This document shows, in pieces, positions 1 through 9,245 of a stretch of DNA of 48,962 bases. Both the position numbers and the translations under genes were made by a program. Every line of letters starts with the position of its first letter. Positions within the stretch are counted from its first letter, which is position 1. Source of the DNA: Planctomycetota bacterium (GTDB lineage: Bacteria > Planctomycetota > UBA11346); assembly GCA_038203025.1 (NCBI GenBank), contig JBBREK010000003.1, forward strand, positions 1 through 48,962. Direction: 5' to 3'. Under the pieces are notes generated by a model that ran no database searches, had not been told where the DNA came from, and saw only the letters and a program-made list of their open reading frames with translations.

Positions 1-136
1 GATGTCGGCGCTGTCCGTCGCCGACATCGCCAGCCGCACCGGCTTTCCCGATCCCAACTATTTCAGCCGCGTCTTCGCCCGAACTTACGGCCTGCCGCCG
101 CGCGCCTATCGCACCGCTAAGGCGGTGGGCGTGTGA
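1..136 (+). CDS. AraC/XylS-family transcriptional regulator, C-terminal fragment (5' end outside window)
   Basis: Reading from nt 2 gives MSALSVADIASRTGFPDPNYFSRVFARTYGLPPRAYRTAKAVGV, ending at TGA 134-136. The DxxYFSRxFxxxxGxxPxxYR string is the second HTH signature of AraC-family proteins. It is absent from the ORF track because it is open at the window edge. Confidence 0.7.
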   Translation, partial: MSALSVADIASRTGFPDPNYFSRVFARTYGLPPRAYRTAKAVGV

Positions 137-173
137 GGCTCCCACGGGAGGGTCCGCAGATTCTGCGCAGCAG

Positions 174-1775
174 TCAGACTGAGAACAGTGCGGCACGGTG
201 TGCGGCGATGCCGTCACTCTCCCGCACATCGCACTCGATCAGTCGCATGCCGGGAACCGCCAGGGCGGCCGCAAGCGCCGCGCCGCTGGTGCAGCGTACG
301 TACGGCAGGCCGAACTGGGCGGCGGCGTGCGCGAAGTCGAGGCGATGGTCGGTCCGCACCAGTTGGCGATAGCCGGGCACGCGTGACACCGGCAGGGCGT
401 CGAAGATGGCGCCGCCGCCATTGTTGAGCACGACGATGGCGCCATCCGTCCCGGCGACGAGGGCCAGCGAGTTGAGATCGTGCAGGCAGGCGAGATCGCC
501 GATCAGGCACAGCCCGCGCGTACCCAGGGCGCGGCAGGCGCCGAGAAAACTGGCGATGGTGCCATCGATGCCGTTGACGCCGCGGTTGCACAGCACCCGA
601 CGCGCGGTGGGGGCCATCATCAGATTGGCGTCGCGCACTGGCATGCTGCTGGCCAGCCACAGCAGGTCGAAGCCCGCGGCATTGCAGGCCAGGGCACTGG
701 CGGCGGTGGCGTTCCAGCCGGCGGGCGCGGGCAGGCGGTTGCTCCATTGCCGCGTCCAGTCGGCATCGGCCCGGCCGAGAGCGGCGATCAGGCGGTCGAT
801 GGCGGCCGCATCCGGATCGACCAGGCGGTGCGTCGCGCTGCCGATGAAATCCGTGTTGCGCGGACCACCCAGCACGATCTGCGGACAACGTTGGCGCCCC
901 AGCCATTCGTAACCGGCACGGGTCAGCGGCGGCGGACCGACGCGGATGATGACGTCCGGCTCGCCCGGCGGGCGGGCAACGAGCGCATAGAGTGCGTCCG
1001 GGCACGCCGCCAGATGCGGCATGTCGGGCCGCCGCAAGCCGCTGCACGCATCGGCCAGCACGGGATAGCCGGTGGTCTCAGCGAGCCGGATGACCAAGGC
1101 GGGATCGAGGCTTTCCGCCGGCCCCGCGATGATCAGGCCACGCCTGGGAGCGACGAACTCCAGCTCGTCGCAAGGCCCCGCCGACGGGCTGGAGCCCGTC
1201 GGTCCCAGGGCCGTCCCGGTGAATGGGGGCGCCGTCCACCCATCAGCGATGGGCGGTAGTGGATCACGTAACGGCACGTTGAGATGCAACGGCCGGCGGG
1301 CCTGCGAGACGGCGGCATGGATGCGCCGGCGTAGTTGCTGCAGCACAGCATCCTCGGCCACCGGCTCGTCGATCGCAAGCTCGTCGGCGAAGACGCCGAA
1401 CATGCCGCGCTGCGGCATGGTCTGCGGGGCACCGCAGCCGTGCAGCTCCAACGGCCGGTCGGCGGTGATCAGCACCAGCGGGATCCCGGCGGCATCGGCC
1501 TCGCACGCTGCGGGCAGGAGGTTGGCTGCGGCGGTGCCGCTGGTCACGCACACTGCCACCGGCGCGCGCAGCGCCTTGGCCATGCCCAGGGCATGGAAGG
1601 CGGCGCCGCGCTCGTCCCAATGCATGGTCAGCCGACCGTCGAATACCGCTGCCAGGGTGAAGAGCAGCGGGCTGTTGCGCGAACCGGGGCAGCCGACGAC
1701 GTGGCGGCAACCGGCCTCGGCGAGAGCTTCGGCTAGACAGCGACCCCAGAGCGCGTTGAGATTGGGATCGTTCAT
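174..1775 (-). CDS. menD: 2-succinyl-5-enolpyruvyl-6-hydroxy-3-cyclohexene-1-carboxylate (SEPHCHC) synthase, ThDP-dependent
   Basis: Part of ORF 174..1913. The first 46 codons of that ORF run through an intergenic repeat, so the start is placed at ATG 1775 (MNDPNLNALWGRCLAEALAEAGCRHVVGCPGSRNSPL...). There is a ThDP-binding GDLACLHDLNSL...NNGGGAIF motif near the C-terminus. It lies next to an isochorismate synthase gene. Confidence 0.85.
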   Translation of the reverse strand: MNDPNLNALWGRCLAEALAEAGCRHVVGCPGSRNSPLLFTLAAVFDGRLTMHWDERGAAFHALGMAKALRAPVAVCVTSGTAAANLLPAACEADAAGIPLVLITADRPLELHGCGAPQTMPQRGMFGVFADELAIDEPVAEDAVLQQLRRRIHAAVSQARRPLHLNVPLRDPLPPIADGWTAPPFTGTALGPTGSSPSAGPCDELEFVAPRRGLIIAGPAESLDPALVIRLAETTGYPVLADACSGLRRPDMPHLAACPDALYALVARPPGEPDVIIRVGPPPLTRAGYEWLGRQRCPQIVLGGPRNTDFIGSATHRLVDPDAAAIDRLIAALGRADADWTRQWSNRLPAPAGWNATAASALACNAAGFDLLWLASSMPVRDANLMMAPTARRVLCNRGVNGIDGTIASFLGACRALGTRGLCLIGDLACLHDLNSLALVAGTDGAIVVLNNGGGAIFDALPVSRVPGYRQLVRTDHRLDFAHAAAQFGLPYVRCTSGAALAAALAVPGMRLIECDVRESDGIAAHRAALFSV

Positions 1776-1780
1776 GATTC

Positions 1781-1913
1781 GGCCGCCGAGCGGCGGTGGG
1801 CGGATACGATGGGCGAAGCCCATCCGCCCACGGTTGCGGAGCGCACGCGACGGAACCGAGCCGCGACAAAGACCGTGGGGGCAGGCCCGCAGGGCCGTGG
1901 GGGCGAAGCCCAC
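1781..1913 (+). repeat. Single copy of the ~130-nt multi-hairpin intergenic repeat family (same family as 22911-23058 and 25439-25823)
   Basis: GGCCGCCGAGCGGCGGTGGGCGGATACGATGGGCGAAGCCCATCCGCCCACGGTTGCGG...GCCGCGACAAAG...GTGGGGGCGAAGCCCAC is nearly identical to the units at 25.5-25.8 kb. It fills the menF-menD spacer. Confidence 0.85.
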
Positions 1914-1925
1914 AAGCCGAAAGCG

Positions 1926-3100
1926 TCAGGCATGGCCGATACGTAAGCTGTGGCGGATCAGCTGCAGCTTGAGTTCCGTCTCCTCGTACTCGAGCTCTGG
2001 GACAGAGGTCTCGACCACACCGCAGCCGGCGAAAACGCGGGCCAGCTTGCGATCAGGCGACAGCAGTGCGCCGCGCAGCGGCACGATCGCGCGACAGGAA
2101 TCTGGTGCCAGCCAGCCGAGCGACCCGCAGTAAAGGCCACGCCGCAGCCGCTCGTGCCGCGCCAGCCAGCTGGCGGCGGCAGCGGCGGGCAGGCCGCAGG
2201 TCGCCGGTGTCGGATGCAGGGCGGCGATGACGTCGAGGTAGTCGGGATAGGCCAGCTCGGCGGCGATGCGCGTCTCCAGATGATATATGCCGCCGCAACG
2301 GCGCGGATGCGGGCTGGCCTCGACCGCGAACGGCCGGCAGCGTGGGCGCAGGCCGGCGACGAGATGCTCGACCACTAGGCCGTGTTCCTTGCGCTCCTTG
2401 GTGCTGGCGACCAGGGCAGATATGCGCGCTGCATCGACCTCTTCGTCGTCGCTGGCAGCGCAGGTACCGGCCAGGGCGTGGGTCTCGATGACGTGCCCGC
2501 GTGCGGCCAGCAGCAGCTCGGGGGTGGCGCCGAGGAAGAGGCCGCCATCCGGCAGATCCTGGGCGTAGACACAGGCACCGATGCCGGCGTTGGCCTTCAG
2601 TCGCGCCAGGGCGATGTCGTCGCGATGCTGCTCTGGCAGATGATGATCGACCGCCCGCGCCACCACCACCTTGCGGAAGGCGCCGTCGCGGATCAGACCG
2701 GCCGCGTCCTCGACCATGTCGCGGAATCCACCCGGCGTATGCGGCCAGGGCGCCGCCTCGCTGCGGGCTGGCGAAAGCATCGCACCCTCGACCTGATCGA
2801 GGGTGATGCCATCACGCTCGATGCGCAACCGCGACGGCAGCCACAGCCGCGCACCTGGCACCGCGCCCCACGGCGAACCGTCGGGACCAGCATCCTCGAA
2901 GGCGAGCGCGCCCATCACATAGGGCAGGGCACCGCGCTGGCCTTCCAGGCATCCCAGCGCCCGGGCCAGACGCATACCCCGCCCCGGACCACTGGCTTCG
3001 GCCTCCCAGGCCACGCCCTCGGCGAGAACGACGCCGGCATCGTCCCACAGCAGCGTGCGCGGGAAGGCGGCTTCGCTCCAGGCGAGGATGGGATCGACGA

Positions 3101-3104
<4 letters not shown>
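1926..3104 (-). CDS. menF: Isochorismate synthase (chorismate-binding enzyme)
   Basis: 392-aa ORF with chorismate-utilising motifs: LGATPELLL, HPTPATCGLP, GLYCGSLGW, GCGVVETSVPELEYEETELK. It is upstream of menD. The start ATG 3104 overlaps the rny stop (ATGA). Confidence 0.8.
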
Positions 3105-4717
<1,613 letters not shown>

Positions 4718-4773
4718 GAGCCGTACACGATAGGCCCTGTCCCCAAGCCACCAAGCCCCCAGGACCGTGAGCT

Positions 4774-6159
4774 TCAGCCGGTGAGGATGTGGCTGCCCCA
4801 AGGCTCTAGATCGACGTAGAGGCTGTCCCCGTCGCGCTCGAAGACGCTGCCGTCGCGCACCTCGGTGAAGTGCTGGCGCCCACCCCAGCCATGGTGGACC
4901 AGGCCCTGGCTACGCCGGTCGGACCAGTTGACCACGGTCAGGAGGCGCTGGCCGCCGCCCTCCCACCGCCAGGTCAGCAGGTCACGGTGACTGTGGTTGT
5001 CGGGCCAGCCGCTGGTCTCCAGGTGGCGCCAGGAGCCGTCCATGGCCGGTAGCCGGCGCAGGCGCAGCAGGGTGCGCCAGCGGGCGCGCTCGGCGGCGTC
5101 CTCGGGCTCGCGCCCGCCCTTGGCCAGCGTCACCGGCACGCGCAGACGCTGACCGTGCTCCTGGCCGGCGTGGAACAGCCAGGTGCCAGGCAGGGTGGCG
5201 AGGACGGCGGCGGCGGCTCGGCGGCGCGGCTCGGGGAAGGAGACGGCGCAACGCGGCTCATCGTGGTTCTCGAGGAAGCGCACGGTGCAGGCCGAGGCGT
5301 GGGCGTGATCACGCACCGCCTGGGCGTCGCCGCCGGCCAGGGCGTCGTACAGTTCCTTGTCGTAGGCGCTGTCGAAGCCCTGGTGCAGCAGGTCACGTTC
5401 GCGGCCCCAGTAGCCTTCAGCAATGGCACCGAAGCCGGTGGCGCGCCGGCGCGCCGCACCGAGGACCTCGCGCCAGTAGCCCTCATGACGGGCCGGCGCC
5501 GTACGTCCGCCCCAGGTACGGGCGAGGACGTCCGGCAGCGCGAGCATGGCCATGTCGCAGCGTACGCCGTCGCATAGGCGGGCCAGACGGGCGAGCTGCT
5601 CGCCAGCCGCCGCGCGCAGTCCCGGATGGTTGAGGTCCAACTGCACGGTGTCCGGCCAGGCCGGGAAGTACGGATCACGGCCGTTGGCAACCAGCCGGCC
5701 GTCGACGCGCAGACTGTCGACGCCCTCGCCGCCTGGCACCGCCCAGCGCACCCACAGATGGTCAGGGGCGACGTGGTTGGGGATCCAGTCGAGCCACAGG
5801 CCGAGGCGATGCCGTTCCATGGCGATGCGCGCGGTGGCCAGGGCCTGGTCGCCACCGAAGCGCGGATCGACACGCCACGACCGCACTGCATACGCCGAGC
5901 CGCAGACGTCCTGCTTGTCGGCCCAGCCCAGGGCGGCGCGGTCGGCGGCGAAGGCCGGATGCTTGCGCGCGATGCCGGCCGCGATCGGGCTGCGTTCCCA
6001 CACCCCCATCAGCCAGATGGCGTCGGCGCCCAGATCAGCGATCTCGGCCCAGCAGCGGTCGGGCACGCTGTCGAGCGCCACCGGGCGGCGCAGACGCGCA
6101 GTCAGGTCGTCGAGCCAGGCGGCGCAGTCGATCTCGTAGAGCACCCGGGGCGTCGGCAT
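4774..6159 (-). CDS. Alpha-amylase family (GH13-like) glycoside hydrolase
   Basis: This is the C-terminal 461 aa of ORF 4774..8007, starting at ATG 6159 (MPTPRVLYEIDCAAWL...). GH13-like catalytic strings are present: LDWIPNHVA, GVRCDMA (nucleophile Asp), AEGYW (acid/base Glu), FLENHDEPR. Upstream of 6159 the ORF is antisense to a better coding frame. Confidence 0.75.
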   Translation of the reverse strand: MPTPRVLYEIDCAAWLDDLTARLRRPVALDSVPDRCWAEIADLGADAIWLMGVWERSPIAAGIARKHPAFAADRAALGWADKQDVCGSAYAVRSWRVDPRFGGDQALATARIAMERHRLGLWLDWIPNHVAPDHLWVRWAVPGGEGVDSLRVDGRLVANGRDPYFPAWPDTVQLDLNHPGLRAAAGEQLARLARLCDGVRCDMAMLALPDVLARTWGGRTAPARHEGYWREVLGAARRRATGFGAIAEGYWGRERDLLHQGFDSAYDKELYDALAGGDAQAVRDHAHASACTVRFLENHDEPRCAVSFPEPRRRAAAAVLATLPGTWLFHAGQEHGQRLRVPVTLAKGGREPEDAAERARWRTLLRLRRLPAMDGSWRHLETSGWPDNHSHRDLLTWRWEGGGQRLLTVVNWSDRRSQGLVHHGWGGRQHFTEVRDGSVFERDGDSLYVDLEPWGSHILTG

Positions 6160-6261
6160 GATCAGAGCAGTATCGGCGATGGCCGGGCAGGTCCATCCCT
6201 GCCCGGTCGGCCTCCGACAAGAGGCGCTGGAGGCGGCTGCGCCATCCGGCAGGCTGCGCCA

Positions 6262-9075
6262 GTGAGCAACGACCAGCCGGCCAGCGCCAATTCCGGACGC
6301 CGCCCCATCGCCCGCAGTCCGGCCCGGATCTGGCCCCGCCTCGGCCCCACACTGCTGAACACCGCGCTCGGCCAAGCCGACCAGGCGAGCCTGGCGCGCG
6401 CCCAGCGATCCCTGTGCAGCCCGGGTTCGCCGCTCGCCGAATGGCGACCGGAACCTGCCGAGGCTGGCGCCCTGAAGCAGGCCAATGCCGCGGTCAGCCG
6501 GCTGGTCGCGCGCGGCCCGCGCGCCGACCAGCGCGCCTGGGACGATCTCGAAGATGCCTTTCAGCAGGCGCCGGCCGAACGCTGGAGCGAACTGCGTGCC
6601 GCCGCCCTCGCCTGGCTGGCCGAACGTGGCCTGAGGCCCGGTGGCGTCGCGTTGCCACCAGCGCCGATTACAGCGCCAGCCTCTGCCGTCGCGCTGCCCG
6701 CCGCGGCTGCCGACGCCTGGGCCCGACTGGTGCCGCGTCTGATCGAGTCGGCCCGGGCTGGCCGCACCGGCGAGGCCCAGCGCGGCATCTGCGATCACTA
6801 CGCCCGCAAGGGCTGGAACCCCGGCGAGCTTGCCACCTGGCTGCCGTCGCCCAGCGATCTCGATCACCTGCTCTCGGCCGAAACGCTGCGCAAGCACCTC
6901 TTCTCCTCGCCACCCGGACAGCAGGCCCTGCTCGCCGGCGAGTTCCTCGCCCAGGTGCAGCAGGTCTCCTGCCACGCCGCACAGTTGCTGGCACTGGCCC
7001 GGGCCTATCTCGACGGCCATCGCATCGGCGCGCCGCAGCAGGGTCGCGGCCGTGGTGGTGGTGGTGGCGGTGGAAGTGGAAGCGGAAGCGGAGGCGGAGG
7101 TGGTGGCGGCGGACGACGCGGTGGCAGCCGACGTGGCGGCCGGGGACGGCGACGCGGCGATGGTGAACCGGCGATGCTGGTGCCGTCCTCGCCAATCGAA
7201 CGCGCCGACTTCGTCCTCACCAGCGACACTATCGCGATCTACATCGACGAGGTCGAGCTGGGCACTGCCCACGGCGCCATCGCCGGCATCGTGTGGAACG
7301 GTGCCGAGCCGGACCATCGCGCCCTGTCGCACATCGGCACGCACCGGCGCTCGCCAGAACCACTGCGCGAACTGCTCGGCTGCGCCAAGGCCTTCCCCTT
7401 CCTGGTGCCGGTGCGCGGCGCGGCCGGCGCCCCGGCCCGCTACCTGCCGATGGTGCGCACGGCGCTGCAGCTGCTGCTCGGTTGGCTGCTGCCGCTGCCC
7501 AATCGACAGACCCGCGTGCTGGTCTTCCTCGAACGCTATGGCGAGTACGACCCGGGCGACGACCTGACCCCCTACTTCGCCGGCGCCCTCGACGAATCGC
7601 GAGTCGACTTCCCCGAACGCTTCGCCCCCTGGCGCCTGGCCCAGGTCGGCTGGGAAGGCAAGAGCTTCGGCTACATCCCGTGGGGCGATCTGGTCGGCTA
7701 CTGGTACCTGGCCCGAGTCGTGCGCGGCGAGCGCTTCGGCGGCCACGACTGCACCAAGCTGCCTGGCTACATGCCGGTCGACGGTGACGGCTACCGCCGC
7801 ATCCGCGCTGCCAGCCGTATCGCCGGCACCCCGGCGGTCGAAGAACTGCTTGATGTGGCGCGCGACCTCGCCGGCACTGAACTCGGCCGGCTGGTGCTGC
7901 GCTCCGCTGCCGGCGCCGTCGCCAGCGACAGCACGCTGCAGGAGCGCCTGCTCGAAGCCCTGGAACGGCGTCGACGCGACGGCGATCCGCGTCTGCTGCG
8001 GCCGCAAGAGGCGGCGGTGCGCAGCCTGATCGGCGAGCTGGCTGCCGATGCACCGCTACGCGTCCGCCTGCTCGCCATCGGCCTGGGCCTCGGTTCCGGC
8101 GACCTCGACCGTGCGGCCTCTGCCGCCGAGGCCTTCGCCACCGCCCGGCCGCGCGCCCTGCTGCTCGACCGCGAGTTGGTCGCCCGCCTCGACCAGGCGC
8201 AGGCCGCCGCGGAATCCGACCGCTTCCTCTTTGCCGTCGCCGGCAAGCGCCTGGAAGCAGTGCGCGCGGATCCCGCCTTCCCCTACCTGACGCCAGCGGC
8301 GCGAGCCCGGTTGCTGGCCGTACACGGCCGCGTCCTCGGCACCGATGGCCGCCACGAGGAGGCCGACGAGAGCTTCACCGCCGCCCTGGCCCTGGTCGCC
8401 GACGACCCCGGCCTGGCCGATGCGCCGCGCCAGCGCGAGCATGAGCGCATCGCCTGCTGGCGGGCGATGAACGCGCTCGACGGCCGCCTCGCCGATGGAC
8501 TGCCGCGCCTAGCCGAGGCGCTCAACAAGTCCGCCGCCAACGCAGCCGTGCCGCTGGCCACGGTGTCAGGCGAAGCCGCCGAGACAGTGCGCGCCCTGCA
8601 TCACCTGCTGCTGCGCAGCCTGTGGTTCCACGGCGCCGACGAGGCCGCCGAGGACGCCTATCTCGACGCCTACGACGCCTGGGGCGAGCTGCCGGCGCAG
8701 CATCCCGGCCAGCTGGCGGGCTGCTACCGCGCCCTGCTGCTGTGGCGCGACGATGCCGACGAAGAAGCGGTCGCCGCCGCCTTCCACGAAGCGTTGGCTG
8801 GTTCGACCGAAGAGGGCCGTGGGCCGCTGCAGCGCCTGACCACCGCCGTCGTCGCAGTCGTGGCCTGGGCCTGTGTCTCCGAGGAATCCTTCTGCGACCT
8901 CGCCGAACGCGAACTGGCCGCCGCGGAAAGCTCCGGCGAAGGTTACGCCGAGGCGGCGCAGGAACTACGCGCCGCCCTCGCCGCCGTCGACGAACTGCCC
9001 GAGGACGCCGAGCCGGAAGCGATGGAGGCAATCGCCGACCGCGCGATCACCGCGCTGCCGGCGTCGTGGCACTGA
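6262..9075 (+). CDS. Large hypothetical cytoplasmic protein: N-terminal domain, 41-residue Gly/Arg-rich tract, possible DUF3800-like core, Ala/Leu-rich helical-repeat C-terminus
   Basis: Same frame as ORF 5626..9075, with strong third-position GC throughout. The portion before 6160 overlaps the GH13 gene, so the start is placed at the first plausible codon after it, GTG 6262 (VSNDQPASANSG...). The start is uncertain; the next ATG is at about 7172. No signal peptide. I recognise no family with confidence. Confidence 0.6.
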   Translation: MSNDQPASANSGRRPIARSPARIWPRLGPTLLNTALGQADQASLARAQRSLCSPGSPLAEWRPEPAEAGALKQANAAVSRLVARGPRADQRAWDDLEDAFQQAPAERWSELRAAALAWLAERGLRPGGVALPPAPITAPASAVALPAAAADAWARLVPRLIESARAGRTGEAQRGICDHYARKGWNPGELATWLPSPSDLDHLLSAETLRKHLFSSPPGQQALLAGEFLAQVQQVSCHAAQLLALARAYLDGHRIGAPQQGRGRGGGGGGGSGSGSGGGGGGGGRRGGSRRGGRGRRRGDGEPAMLVPSSPIERADFVLTSDTIAIYIDEVELGTAHGAIAGIVWNGAEPDHRALSHIGTHRRSPEPLRELLGCAKAFPFLVPVRGAAGAPARYLPMVRTALQLLLGWLLPLPNRQTRVLVFLERYGEYDPGDDLTPYFAGALDESRVDFPERFAPWRLAQVGWEGKSFGYIPWGDLVGYWYLARVVRGERFGGHDCTKLPGYMPVDGDGYRRIRAASRIAGTPAVEELLDVARDLAGTELGRLVLRSAAGAVASDSTLQERLLEALERRRRDGDPRLLRPQEAAVRSLIGELAADAPLRVRLLAIGLGLGSGDLDRAASAAEAFATARPRALLLDRELVARLDQAQAAAESDRFLFAVAGKRLEAVRADPAFPYLTPAARARLLAVHGRVLGTDGRHEEADESFTAALALVADDPGLADAPRQREHERIACWRAMNALDGRLADGLPRLAEALNKSAANAAVPLATVSGEAAETVRALHHLLLRSLWFHGADEAAEDAYLDAYDAWGELPAQHPGQLAGCYRALLLWRDDADEEAVAAAFHEALAGSTEEGRGPLQRLTTAVVAVVAWACVSEESFCDLAERELAAAESSGEGYAEAAQELRAALAAVDELPEDAEPEAMEAIADRAITALPASWH

Positions 9076-9245
9076 TACCATGCTACGGGGCTTCGCCCGC
9101 TACGGCTGCGCGCTACAGCCCGCCATGGCCGGCGCTGCGGTGCGCTAGGCGCACGCACGTCCAGGCGTAGCGCCCGCGTAGCGGGCCGTAGCGCGATTTA
9201 AACGAGCCGAAGCGCGCAGCCGTAGCGCGAGTGAAACGAGCCTCA
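9076..9245. repeat. Convergent-gene spacer packed with GTAGCG/CGCTAC repeats and a long-range inverted repeat
   Basis: CGCTACGGCTGCGCGC (9098-9113) is the perfect reverse complement of GCGCGCAGCCGTAGCG (9212-9227). The 23-nt direct repeats CCGTAGCGCGATTTAAACGAGCC (9186-9208) and CCGTAGCGCGAGTGAAACGAGCC (9220-9242) differ at 2 positions. Confidence 0.8.

Noticed and set aside
5626-6261. N-terminal 212 codons of the 1149-aa plus-strand ORF
   Set aside because: This part overlaps the GH13 gene on the opposite strand, which has recognisable catalytic motifs. The real plus-strand gene most likely starts after 6160.
6160-8007. Upstream 616 codons of the 1077-aa minus-strand ORF
   Set aside because: The translation is Q/G/R/A-rich junk with Ser/Thr/Ala runs opposite the Gly/Arg tract. 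The plus frame has the coding-like GC3 pattern and sensible protein sequence. The GH13 domain begins at the Met at 6159.
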